From NCBI GenBank assembly GCA_017962365.1, contig JAGCVL010000006.1, forward strand, positions 769-64,768: a stretch of DNA of 64,000 nt, in the 5' to 3' direction. Below the pieces are notes generated by a model. The model did not search any database, had not been told where the DNA came from, and worked only from the letters and a program-made list of their open reading frames with translations. This document shows, one piece after another, positions 16,745 to 26,015 of this stretch. The stretch's first letter is position 1. Each line of letters starts with the position of its first letter. The position numbers were made by a program, and so were the translations under genes. Source of the DNA: Candidatus Saccharimonadota bacterium. Lineage in GTDB: Bacteria > Patescibacteriota > Saccharimonadia > Saccharimonadales > Saccharimonadaceae.

Positions 16745-19120
16745 ATGGAAAGGCTACTAAAATATTTTGAGCCAGAGAAATATATTTTGAACCTTAAAGT
16801 TGATAAACAACAAAAATATATTGGCGGCGAAGTTACGGTTTTTGGTGAAGCGAAAAATGAGCTTGTAAGATTTCACGCCGTGAATATGAAGATTAAAAAA
16901 GTCTTAGTGGATGATATTCAGACGAAATTTGAACATAAGGATGACTTATTAAATCTTAATATTAAGTTTTCAAAACATGATGATAAGTTTTTAAAACATA
17001 AGATTACGATTTTTTATGATGGGAATTTGAATGAAAATATGGAGGGGGCGTATTTGTCAACATATGAATATGATGGGCATGAAGAAAAAATTGTAGCGAC
17101 GCAGTTTGAGAGCCACTATGCGAGGGAAGCGTTTCCGTGCATTGATGAGCCGGCAGCAAAGGCAGTATTTGAAGTTTCTATCGCTGTGCCGGATGAAGAT
17201 GATATGGTGCTATCCAATATGCCGATGGGCGAGCCGACACCGCGGATGTCAACTTATCTACTAGCGTTTGTGGTGGGGAAGTTTCATGGGAAGACGGTGA
17301 CAAATAGTCATGGGGTGGAGATTACGACCTATTGTGCGCTTAATCAAGATGTGAACTCGGTGGACTTTGCAAATGAAATTGCGGCGCGGTCGCTCGAGTT
17401 TTATGATGATAATTTCGGTGTGTCATATCCGCTGAAAAAATGTGTACAGGTGGCGTTGCCGGATTTTGAAGCAGGGGCGATGGAGAACTGGGGGCTGGTG
17501 ACTTATCGGGAGTCGATGCTGCTTGCGGGGGAGTCGGCGACGATTGGTACGAAGAAAAGTGTGGCGCTCACGGTAGCACATGAGCTGTCGCATCAGTGGT
17601 TTGGCGATCTTGTGACGATGAAATGGTGGGATGATTTGTGGCTTAATGAATCGTTTGCGAGCGTGATGGAATATTTTGCCGTAGATGCGGTGCATCCGGA
17701 ATTTAAAATTTGGGAAGGATTTTTCACGGGCGATGCGCTAGCGGCGCTGAGGCGAGATTGTCTTTCTGGCGTGCAGTCGGTGCATCAGGATGTAAATGAC
17801 CCGGCGGAGATTGCAACGCTGTTTGATGGGGCAATTGTGTATGCAAAGGGGGCGAGACTAATGCTAATGTTGATTCGGCTGATGGGCTGGGATGATTTTT
17901 GCAGGGGACTTAAGAACTATTTTGAAAAATATCAGTATGGGAATACTTGCGGAGATGATTTGTGGGCAGCAATGCAACCATATGCGAAGTTTGATGTGGG
18001 CGAGATGATGCATGCGTTTATTGATCGACCTGGATATCCAGTAGTAAAGAATGAAGGTGTGGATTTTGATAAGATTTCACAGAAGAGATTTTTGCTGGAT
18101 GGGGAGATGGTAAAAACGGATTGGCCTTTGCCGGAGATTCGTGAAGACATGAGCGGGCATTATATCTTGCAATTGTCGGAAGCGGAGTTCAAAGAGAGAC
18201 TAGAAAGATTTGATGAGCTTGGGTTGGAAGAAAAATTACGGTTACTCATAGATAGAGACTTGTTGGCGCGAGCGCTTGAGGTGCCGTATGAATCACTTTT
18301 GCCATTGATTTTGAAATTCCGCAAAGAGTCGAATGCTGCAGTGTGGGATATTATTTTGACGATTGTGTCGGGAATGAAGATTTTCTTTGATGCGGGGTCT
18401 GAGGAAGAAAAAGAGTTTAAGAATTTTGTAGGCGAGTTGGTAGCTTTCAAGTTGAGCGAAATTGGGTTAAAGACGCGTGATGACGATGATGAAAATACGA
18501 TACGGCTGCGGTCTGTGCTTTTGGCGCTAGATTTTTATGCGGAAAAATTGGGTGACCTAGAAAAACTTGCTGGAATGTATAATGAGGATTATACGGCACT
18601 CGATGCGGAAATACGTGGTGACATACTTAGCGCGAAGATGTATTTGGAGCCAGATATGTATGATAAGTATTTGGAAGATTACGAGAAGATGGCCGATCCG
18701 GAGATTAAGTTCGAGCTACTATTTGCTATGACTTTGTCACATGATAGTGGGGTGCTGACAAAAACAATGAAGCTACTTCGTCAAATCGAAATAGTAAAAC
18801 CGCAAGACCAATTGTATCTTTTTGTGTGGCTTTATCGTAACCCGATTATTAAAAAACAAGTGTTTGAGTGGTTGACGCAAAATTGGGAATTTGTTGAAGG
18901 TTTGGCTGGTGATAAATCGATCGAAAGTTATCCTAGATATACGGCAAGCGGTGTGAGGACGGAAACAGAATATGATGCGTGGCATGAATTCTTTGAGCCA
19001 ATGAGTAAAAATCCGGCACTTTCGCGGGCGATTGAAGTTGGTGAAAATGAAATTAGGGCAAGGCTAAGGCTGATTCAGAAAAATCAAGTCGCCATACACA
19101 ATGCGCTTAAAAAATTTTAA
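16745..19120 (+). CDS. pepN: M1-family aminopeptidase N
   Basis: GAMENWG is present, together with HELSHQWFG...WLNESFA (HEXXH-18-E). Confidence 0.85.
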   Translation: MERLLKYFEPEKYILNLKVDKQQKYIGGEVTVFGEAKNELVRFHAVNMKIKKVLVDDIQTKFEHKDDLLNLNIKFSKHDDKFLKHKITIFYDGNLNENMEGAYLSTYEYDGHEEKIVATQFESHYAREAFPCIDEPAAKAVFEVSIAVPDEDDMVLSNMPMGEPTPRMSTYLLAFVVGKFHGKTVTNSHGVEITTYCALNQDVNSVDFANEIAARSLEFYDDNFGVSYPLKKCVQVALPDFEAGAMENWGLVTYRESMLLAGESATIGTKKSVALTVAHELSHQWFGDLVTMKWWDDLWLNESFASVMEYFAVDAVHPEFKIWEGFFTGDALAALRRDCLSGVQSVHQDVNDPAEIATLFDGAIVYAKGARLMLMLIRLMGWDDFCRGLKNYFEKYQYGNTCGDDLWAAMQPYAKFDVGEMMHAFIDRPGYPVVKNEGVDFDKISQKRFLLDGEMVKTDWPLPEIREDMSGHYILQLSEAEFKERLERFDELGLEEKLRLLIDRDLLARALEVPYESLLPLILKFRKESNAAVWDIILTIVSGMKIFFDAGSEEEKEFKNFVGELVAFKLSEIGLKTRDDDDENTIRLRSVLLALDFYAEKLGDLEKLAGMYNEDYTALDAEIRGDILSAKMYLEPDMYDKYLEDYEKMADPEIKFELLFAMTLSHDSGVLTKTMKLLRQIEIVKPQDQLYLFVWLYRNPIIKKQVFEWLTQNWEFVEGLAGDKSIESYPRYTASGVRTETEYDAWHEFFEPMSKNPALSRAIEVGENEIRARLRLIQKNQVAIHNALKKF

Positions 19121-20055
19121 GATTTGACGATGGTGCCAGCGTGTCCGGCGAGGGCTGTTTTTAGATTTTCAATATTGGTGATGATGCCGATGCGGGATTT
19201 TTTGGCAAAAATAGCGGCGGCTTCAACTTTTGGTAGCATGGAGCCGGCTTTGAAATAACCATACTTTGTCAGATTTGCGATTTCTTTGGCTGTGACTTGA
19301 TGTAGGGCCTGTTGGTCTGGCAGGCCATAATTAATATAAACATTTGGTACGGCGGTGACGGAGACGAAGATGTCGGCTTTTACGAGTTCGGCAAGTTTTT
19401 CGGCGGCAAAATCTTTATCAATGACAGCATCGATGCCTTTTAGACGCTTTGTGATTTTGGTGCGATAAACTGGAATACCACCGCCGCCAGCAGCGATGAC
19501 GATGATGCCACTAGAAACCATTTCGGTGATGGCTTTTTTCTCGACGATGTCGATTGGTTTTGGCGATGCAACTACGCGACGCCAGCCGCGGCCGGAGTCT
19601 TCTTTTACGGTCCAGCCTTTTTCGCGGGCGAGCTTTTTAGCCTCGGATTCGGAATAGAATTGGCCGATTGGTTTGGTTGGGTTTTTGAATGCAGGATCGT
19701 TTCGGTCAACTACAACTTGCGACACTACAGTGGCGACTTCGGTAGATTTGCCGCGCTTTAAGAAAGCGTTACTGATGGCCTGGGTGAGCCAGTAGCCGAT
19801 TTGGCCTTGGCTCATAGCGACTGCCGTCTCGAGTGGCATGGCTGGAGCTTTGTCGGTCGCGGCGGTCTCTTCATGGATTAAAATATTGCCAACTTGTGGG
19901 CCATTGCCGTGAGCGATGACGATTTCGTAGTTTGATGCTAGATCGGCGATGATTTTGCCGACGCTTTCAGCAACTTTTTTTTGAGCTTCAGCAGTGGCTT
20001 CGCCGTTTTTTTGTAAGGCGTTGCCGCCGAGTGCGAGTACTACGCGTTTTTTCAT
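19117..20055 (-). CDS. arcC: Carbamate kinase
   Basis: VVLALGGNAL and HGNGPQVG are present and the length is typical of carbamate kinase. The start overlaps the pgi stop (ATGA). Confidence 0.9.
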   Translation of the reverse strand: MKKRVVLALGGNALQKNGEATAEAQKKVAESVGKIIADLASNYEIVIAHGNGPQVGNILIHEETAATDKAPAMPLETAVAMSQGQIGYWLTQAISNAFLKRGKSTEVATVVSQVVVDRNDPAFKNPTKPIGQFYSESEAKKLAREKGWTVKEDSGRGWRRVVASPKPIDIVEKKAITEMVSSGIIVIAAGGGGIPVYRTKITKRLKGIDAVIDKDFAAEKLAELVKADIFVSVTAVPNVYINYGLPDQQALHQVTAKEIANLTKYGYFKAGSMLPKVEAAAIFAKKSRIGIITNIENLKTALAGHAGTIVKS

Positions 20056-21206
20056 TGGACCTCCATGAGTTTTTTAAGTTCGGATTTATAGGCTTCTACT
20101 CCCGGCTGGTCAAAAGGATTGACGCCGAAAAGTTTTGCGCTGATGGCGCAGGCCATTTCGAAGAAGTAAATGAGCTCGCCGAAACCGTATTCGTCGTAGG
20201 ATGGGACATCGAGGGATAAGACTGGGATGCCGCCGGCGGAGTGAGCTTTTTTGACGGCTTCTACGACTTTGGAATTTAGGTCGTCGGTAGGGAAGTCTAT
20301 GATGGTTTCCCAAAGATTGCGCCGACCGTCTTGCATAAATTGACCGAGCGAATGTAGGTCGGTGGAGTAAACAACGCTGGCTGGCCAAATGCCTTGTCCG
20401 TTTTTGCCTTCACTTTCGCCAAAGAGCTGCTTTAGCCATTCGTTGAAATACATGGTGGCTGGCTCAAAACTGGCGAAAACTTCGGTGTCATAACCGCGCT
20501 CGCCAAGATCGTGACGCATAAAAGCGTACTTTAAAATTGGGTTTTTGGCGAATTTGGGGTCTGATTCGTCTAGGCTTTTGGCCATCTCGTAGGCGCCGCT
20601 AAGAAGTGCGTCGATGTCTATACCGGCAGCTGCGAGCGGAAGCAAACCGACAGCTGAAAATACCGAATAGCGTCCGCCGATATTGTCTGGTACGACGAAT
20701 CTTTTGTAGCCTTTTTCTACGGCTTCGTCGTGGAGGGTGCCGTGGGTTGCGTCGGTGGTGGCGTAGATGCGCTTGAATGCTTCTGACTCGCCATATTTTT
20801 CGATTAATTTTTCCTTGAAAGCGTTGAAGGCAATGGCTGGCTCCAAAGTGGTGCCGGATTTTGAGATGACGTTGACTGAAAAATCTTTGCCTTCTATAGC
20901 GGCGAGGGATTTATCTAGCTCGCGGTGGCTAAGGGAATTGCCGGCATAGATGATGTCGATGTCTTTTTCGCCAAGTGCTTCGATGATGGCGCGGTGTCCG
21001 AGGTAGGAGCCACCGATTCCGATACAGACTAGAACTTCGGACTCAGAGCGGATTTTTTCGGCGGCTTTTTTGATGCGCGCGAGTTCTTTTTGGTCTATTT
21101 CAAGTGGTAAATTAGCCCAGCCGCCCATTGGGTCAGCTTTGATTAATCCGATGAGCTCTTTTGCTCTGGCTTCATTGACTTTGGTTTCGAAATTTACATC
21201 TATCAT
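20052..21206 (-). CDS. pgi: Glucose-6-phosphate isomerase (short form)
   Basis: IGIGGSYLG, RYSVFSAVGLLP and ESEGK motifs are present. Confidence 0.88.
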   Translation of the reverse strand: MIDVNFETKVNEARAKELIGLIKADPMGGWANLPLEIDQKELARIKKAAEKIRSESEVLVCIGIGGSYLGHRAIIEALGEKDIDIIYAGNSLSHRELDKSLAAIEGKDFSVNVISKSGTTLEPAIAFNAFKEKLIEKYGESEAFKRIYATTDATHGTLHDEAVEKGYKRFVVPDNIGGRYSVFSAVGLLPLAAAGIDIDALLSGAYEMAKSLDESDPKFAKNPILKYAFMRHDLGERGYDTEVFASFEPATMYFNEWLKQLFGESEGKNGQGIWPASVVYSTDLHSLGQFMQDGRRNLWETIIDFPTDDLNSKVVEAVKKAHSAGGIPVLSLDVPSYDEYGFGELIYFFEMACAISAKLFGVNPFDQPGVEAYKSELKKLMEVQ

Positions 21207-21338
21207 AATGCCTCCATTGGTATCATTATAGCAGATTGTGGGGGTTTGTGGTAGAGCTTATATTGACTTTTTAGGCCAAATGTGATATAATGGAAAGATA
21301 GGGGCGTAAATTAACCAACGAACAGGGGAGGTGATAAT

Positions 21339-21656
21339 ATGCATGAGTTCGTAGTGCGATTTGATGGTGAGATGCCGCGCGAAGAAGTGGAGAAGTTCTT
21401 GTCGAAGAGCGAGAACAACGACCGTACAGTGTACGTGATAAATGCGTACACCAAAGAAGTAAAAAATAAAGACGGTATTTATGATCAGAGAAAGTGGGGG
21501 GATTTCGTTGTGTTTATATACAATGGAGATGATAATATGAAAATATTATCCTTCATGAGGGATTATGCGGGCATAGACCCGAAAAACCCACACTTGCAGC
21601 CACATCCGCACTTTATTGATTATTACGACAATTGTTATCAAAAAAAAGAAATTTAA
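21339..21656 (+). CDS. Hypothetical protein (105 aa)
   Basis: The ORF has a GGGGAGG SD upstream. I recognise no family. Confidence 0.5.
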   Translation: MHEFVVRFDGEMPREEVEKFLSKSENNDRTVYVINAYTKEVKNKDGIYDQRKWGDFVVFIYNGDDNMKILSFMRDYAGIDPKNPHLQPHPHFIDYYDNCYQKKEI

Positions 21657-21662
21657 CCCCTT

Positions 21663-21692
21663 AGCCTCGGAGTGCTTTACCCCGAGGCTTTT
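21663..21692 (+). terminator. Terminator hairpin (agcctcgg...ccgaggct + TTT)
   Basis: The inverted repeat was read directly. Confidence 0.65.
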
Positions 21693-21712
21693 AAATGCTA
21701 TAATTATAGCAT

Positions 21713-21800
21713 GCCCGCTTGGCGGAATTGGTAGACGCGCTAGCTTCAGGTGCTAGTGGCCGCAAGGCTGTAAGAGTTCAAATCTCTTAGTGGGCACCAG
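21713..21800 (+). tRNA. tRNA-Leu (anticodon CAG), long variable arm, CCA encoded
   Basis: Acceptor GCCCGCT/AGTGGGC, anticodon stem CTAGC/GCTAG, loop TTCAGGT, T-loop TTCAAAT. Confidence 0.9.
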
Positions 21801-21805
21801 GTGAT

Positions 21806-21828
21806 CACGCACTATGTGCGTGTTTTTT
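21806..21828 (+). terminator. Terminator after tRNA-Leu (cacgcac-tat-gtgcgtg + T6)
   Basis: Read directly. Confidence 0.75.
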
Positions 21829-21841
21829 GTGTTTCTAAAAC

Positions 21842-21870
21842 TTGAAAAAAGCGTAAACGTGATATATAAT
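21842..21870 (+). promoter_or_regulatory. Sigma70-type promoter of the arc operon (TTGAAA-17-TATAAT)
   Basis: The -35 box is at 21842-21847 and the -10 box at 21865-21870. Confidence 0.6.
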
Positions 21871-21921
21871 GGAAGGTAAAAGAAGGGCATCACATGAAAA
21901 TAAATAGAAAGGGTGGCAACG

Positions 21922-22914
21922 ATGAATTTTAAGGGGCGAGATTTTTTAAGAATTCTTGATTTTAGTGAGGGGGAATTGCACCATATGCTAGACGTGGCGA
22001 AGAAATTTAAAGAGATGAAGCGCGCGGGGCAGAATCATAAATATTTTCCAGAAAAAAATATCGTGATTGTGTTTGAAAAGACCTCAACCAGGACGAGGTG
22101 TGCGTTTGAGGTAGCTGGGTATGACCTTGGAATGGGAGTGACCTATCTTGATCCGACGGGATCACAGATGGGGCACAAGGAATCAATCGCGGATACAGCT
22201 AGGGTGCTGGCTAGGTTTTATGATGGGATTGAGTTTCGTGGATTTAAGCAGGAGACGGTAGATACTTTGGCAAAATATGCCGATGTGCCGGTATGGAATG
22301 GCTTGACCGATGCGTGCCATCCGACTCAGGCGCTAGCTGATTTTATGACGATGGAAGAAAAATTGGGCGATCTAAAGGGCAAGACTTTGGCGTTTGTGGG
22401 CGACACTCATAATAATGTGTCGAACTCACTGATGGCGATGAGCGCAAAAATGGGCGTAAACTACATCGCGTGTGGTCCGGTGGATAGGCGGCCGTCTGAT
22501 GAGGTTATCGCGGCATGCCAACCGATTGCTGAGAAAAACGGCTCCACGATTACGATTACAGACGATGTGCATGCGTTGGATGGGAAAGCGGATGCGATTT
22601 ATGCCGATGTATGGCTATCACTTGGTGAAGATAAAGAAAAATGGGGCGAGAGAATTGAACAACTGAGGCCGTACCAAGTAAATATGGAAATGATGAACCG
22701 AGCGCGGCCAGGTGCGATTTTCTTACATTGTTTGCCGTCATTTCACGACACAAATACTTCGATTGGGCAAGATATTTTTGAGAGATTTGGACTTTCGGAA
22801 ATGGAAGTGACAAATGAAGTGTTTGAGTCGGAACGATCGGTGGTGTTTGATGAAGCGGAAAATCGCATGCACACAATTAAAGCGGTGATGTATTTAACTT
22901 TGTGGGATAAATAA
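21922..22914 (+). CDS. arcB: Ornithine carbamoyltransferase (catabolic context)
   Basis: STRTRCAFE, HPTQALAD and FLHCLP motifs are present. The ATG at 21922 is preferred over the GTG at 21913. Confidence 0.9.
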   Translation: MNFKGRDFLRILDFSEGELHHMLDVAKKFKEMKRAGQNHKYFPEKNIVIVFEKTSTRTRCAFEVAGYDLGMGVTYLDPTGSQMGHKESIADTARVLARFYDGIEFRGFKQETVDTLAKYADVPVWNGLTDACHPTQALADFMTMEEKLGDLKGKTLAFVGDTHNNVSNSLMAMSAKMGVNYIACGPVDRRPSDEVIAACQPIAEKNGSTITITDDVHALDGKADAIYADVWLSLGEDKEKWGERIEQLRPYQVNMEMMNRARPGAIFLHCLPSFHDTNTSIGQDIFERFGLSEMEVTNEVFESERSVVFDEAENRMHTIKAVMYLTLWDK

Positions 22915-22923
22915 AGGAGGAAA

Positions 22924-24153
22924 ATGAAAAACGTAATTACAAATTTTAGCGAAATCGCACCACTCAAAAAAGTATTGATGCATCGGCCGGGTGATGAATT
23001 CTTAAATCTGACGCCGAATACTTTGGAAAGGTTACTATTTGATGATATTCCGTATCTGAAAATTGCGCAGCAGGAGCATGATGCGTACGCGAATGCCTTG
23101 AGAGCAGAAGGCGTGGAAGTCGTGTATCTTGTAGACTTAGTCGCGGAAGCGATTGAAGCTGGCGGGAAGACCGTGCGACGTAAGTTTTTGGAGCAATTTA
23201 TCGCGGAAGCTGGGGTGACTTCGCCAAAGATTGCGAGACATTGTTATGAGTTTTTGAATAAAATTCGTGACACGAAAGATATGATAAGAAAATGCATTGC
23301 TGGGATTGACATTTCTGAGCTTAAAAAACTTGGGAGTGTGTCTGGGTTTTATGCGACGAGGGATACGGGGCGGATGATAATTGATCCGATACCGAATCTT
23401 TATTTCCAGCGCGACCCGATGGCGACGATTGGGCATGGTGCAACGCTTCACAAAATGTGGTCGGTAACGCGGACGAGGGAGTCGATCTTCATGGAATATG
23501 TTTATCAGTATCATCCATTTTATGATGACGTGAAGTTGTATTACGATCGGAACGAGCCATATTGCATTGAGGGTGGTGATATTCAGGTGCTATCGAAAGA
23601 AGTGGTGGCGATCGGGATTTCACAACGGACGGAGCCGGATGCGATTGCAGATTTTGCGAAGAGATTATTTAAAGATAAGTCGAATGCATTTAAGTATGTG
23701 CTCGCGATTGATATTCCGGACGAGAGGAGCTTTATGCACCTTGATACCGTGATGACACAGGTGGATGTAAATAAGTTTGCGGTGCAGGATGCGATTATGG
23801 ATATTTCGACGATTTATGAAATCACGGCCGGTAAAGGTGGCGAGGTTGAGATTCTTGAGATTCATCAAAGCCTTGCAAAAGTACTAGAAAAATATTTGCA
23901 TTTGAATCATGTAGAATTAATTAAATGCGGAAATGGTCGCAGGATTGATGCCGAGCGTGAGCAGTGGAGCGACGGAGTAAATCTCCTTTGTATTCGTCCG
24001 GGCGTGGTGGTAGCGTATGATAGAAATTATGTTACGAATGAGACTTTAAGGAAACACGGAGTCAAAGTGATAGAACTTCCAAGTTCGGAGCTTTCGCGCG
24101 GGCGAGGGGGCTCGCATTGTATGTCAATGGCGCTGGTGCGGGAGGAGGTGTAA
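22924..24153 (+). CDS. arcA: Arginine deiminase
   Basis: The length is about 409 aa. FQRDP and MHLDTVMTQVD are present, as is the C-terminal catalytic Cys motif GGSHCMSMAL. Confidence 0.93.
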   Translation: MKNVITNFSEIAPLKKVLMHRPGDEFLNLTPNTLERLLFDDIPYLKIAQQEHDAYANALRAEGVEVVYLVDLVAEAIEAGGKTVRRKFLEQFIAEAGVTSPKIARHCYEFLNKIRDTKDMIRKCIAGIDISELKKLGSVSGFYATRDTGRMIIDPIPNLYFQRDPMATIGHGATLHKMWSVTRTRESIFMEYVYQYHPFYDDVKLYYDRNEPYCIEGGDIQVLSKEVVAIGISQRTEPDAIADFAKRLFKDKSNAFKYVLAIDIPDERSFMHLDTVMTQVDVNKFAVQDAIMDISTIYEITAGKGGEVEILEIHQSLAKVLEKYLHLNHVELIKCGNGRRIDAEREQWSDGVNLLCIRPGVVVAYDRNYVTNETLRKHGVKVIELPSSELSRGRGGSHCMSMALVREEV

Positions 24154-24209
24154 AGGTATTAGATCATATATAATTATTTATTAAAATATTAAAGTTAAAG
24201 GAAAAGGAA

Positions 24210-25967
24210 ATGTTTAGAAAGAAAAATCGGAGTAAGAAGCGCAGTAGGGCGATGCTCTCAGCGTATTCGATTATTATGATTTTAATCATCTTGCTTGGGA
24301 TTTTGTCGCACGTGTTACCTAAGGCGCAGTACGCACCGATTGTAGATGGCGATACTGAAGCTAGCGTCGACGTAGGTCCTGGCGAGTGGGAAGGTGAGAT
24401 GCCGGAAGGTGGGGCGGCTGCTTTAGAGGGTGACTTGACTGAGGAACCTGAGATGCCAGAAAGTTTGTCACATGAAATGTCCGAAAAAGTGACACCATCC
24501 GAAGTGGTGGACGCGGCACCTGTGCTGGTAGACGAAGAAGTTACTGCCGACAAAGAGGCCGTAACCGAAGAAACGACGGCTGAGGCTGAAGTTTATGATT
24601 CGAAGGCTGCCTGTGAGGAAGTTTACGGTGAAGATGGCTGTGCAATCGTGGATGGCTCTGGTGTTGAAGGCGCGGAACTTTATCAAGTTTTGATGGCCCC
24701 AATACTTGGCTTTGCGGATGCGATTGATGTCTGTATCTTCATCATGATGCTTGGCGGATTGCTCGCGGTAGTAGCTAGGACCAAGGCGCTCGAAACCGGG
24801 ATTAAGCTTTTGGTACAAAAATTGCACGGTAAAGAATATTTATTAATCGTACTTTTGATGTTTATCTTCTCGATACTCGGTACAACTTACGGGTTCCTAG
24901 AAGAAAGCGTTGGGTTCTACGTGCTAATCGCGGCAACGATGTTTGCGGCAGGACTAGATCCGTTAGTCGGTGTTGCGACGATTTTGCTCGGTGCTGGTGC
25001 TGGTGTGCTTGGGTCCACAATTAACCCATTTGCGACTGGCGTAGCGCTTTCGGCAATGAAAGATGCTGGGATTGAGTTTAATCAAGGTACAGTGATCTTG
25101 ATTGCTGTGGTCTTGTGGCTTACGACACTTGCGATCGCTGCATTCTTTGTAATTAAATATGCAAAGAAAGTACAAAAAGATAAGGGTTCAACATTCCTCA
25201 GCTTACGCGAACAGGCCGCGGCTGAAAAAGCCTATGGCAAGTTCTTGAAATCTCAGGATGACGCCTCAAAATTAACTGGCAAACAAATTGCTACACTCAT
25301 CGTATTTGGAATTACTTTCCTTGTGATGATTGTTGGGTTTATCCCATGGGGTGAATTTGGAATCACATTCTTTGATTCATGGACCGGCTGGCTCACTGGA
25401 TCTTCACTCGGTAACTGGTGGTTCTACGAAGCGGCTCTTTGGTTCTTGATCTGCGCGATTATCATTTCGATTATCAATCGCCAGGGTGAACATGGATTCG
25501 TGGATGCATTCGTGGATGGTGCCGATGATATGATTGGCGTTGCCCTAGTTATTGCAGTGGCGCGTGGTGCATCGGTTTTGATGTCTCAGACTGCACTTGA
25601 TAACTTTATTGTAATCAACGCAGCAAACGCGTTAGCTTCAATGCCAGAAATGGCGTTTGTGCCATTAAACTATTTGCTCCATGTGGTGTTGTCGGTCTTG
25701 GTGCCGTCATCATCTGGGCTTGCAACTTTGTCTACGCCAATTATCGCACCAGTGGCTGCGCAGCTTGGTTATAGTACCAACGTAGCAGCGATGACAATTG
25801 TGTCGGCAAATGGTCTTGTCAACTTGATTACGCCAACTTGTGGCGCGATCATGGGCGGTCTTGCACTTGCGAAAGTTGACTATTCAACTTGGTTTAAGTG
25901 GGGAATTAGGGTAGTTGCATGTATTGCGGTAGTAAATATCGTTATATTATGCCTATTCTCGCTATAG
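24210..25967 (+). CDS. YfcC/DcuC-type (C4-dicarboxylate anaerobic carrier family) transporter, a putative arginine/ornithine antiporter
   Basis: It is polytopic and has the YfcC-like blocks GSTINPFATGVA and SSSGLATLSTPIIAP. It sits immediately downstream of arcA. It has an unusually long acidic first loop. Confidence 0.7.
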   Translation: MFRKKNRSKKRSRAMLSAYSIIMILIILLGILSHVLPKAQYAPIVDGDTEASVDVGPGEWEGEMPEGGAAALEGDLTEEPEMPESLSHEMSEKVTPSEVVDAAPVLVDEEVTADKEAVTEETTAEAEVYDSKAACEEVYGEDGCAIVDGSGVEGAELYQVLMAPILGFADAIDVCIFIMMLGGLLAVVARTKALETGIKLLVQKLHGKEYLLIVLLMFIFSILGTTYGFLEESVGFYVLIAATMFAAGLDPLVGVATILLGAGAGVLGSTINPFATGVALSAMKDAGIEFNQGTVILIAVVLWLTTLAIAAFFVIKYAKKVQKDKGSTFLSLREQAAAEKAYGKFLKSQDDASKLTGKQIATLIVFGITFLVMIVGFIPWGEFGITFFDSWTGWLTGSSLGNWWFYEAALWFLICAIIISIINRQGEHGFVDAFVDGADDMIGVALVIAVARGASVLMSQTALDNFIVINAANALASMPEMAFVPLNYLLHVVLSVLVPSSSGLATLSTPIIAPVAAQLGYSTNVAAMTIVSANGLVNLITPTCGAIMGGLALAKVDYSTWFKWGIRVVACIAVVNIVILCLFSL

Positions 25968-25981
25968 AAGGCAGATAGCAA

Positions 25982-26015
25982 AAAAAGAACGGGTTTAATA
26001 AAACCCGTTCTTTTT
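25982..26015. terminator. Bidirectional terminator (aaaaagaacgggttt-aata-aaacccgttcttttt)
   Basis: A 15-bp perfect stem that includes the A and T runs, between convergent genes. Confidence 0.8.

Noticed and set aside
20052-20055. Alternative genetic code (UGA recoding, as in some CPR lineages)
   Set aside because: TGA functions as the stop in several ATGA start/stop overlaps (pgi/arcC, murB/folD, 58300 gene/58812 gene, ruvC/ruvA). Conserved proteins terminate at their expected lengths.
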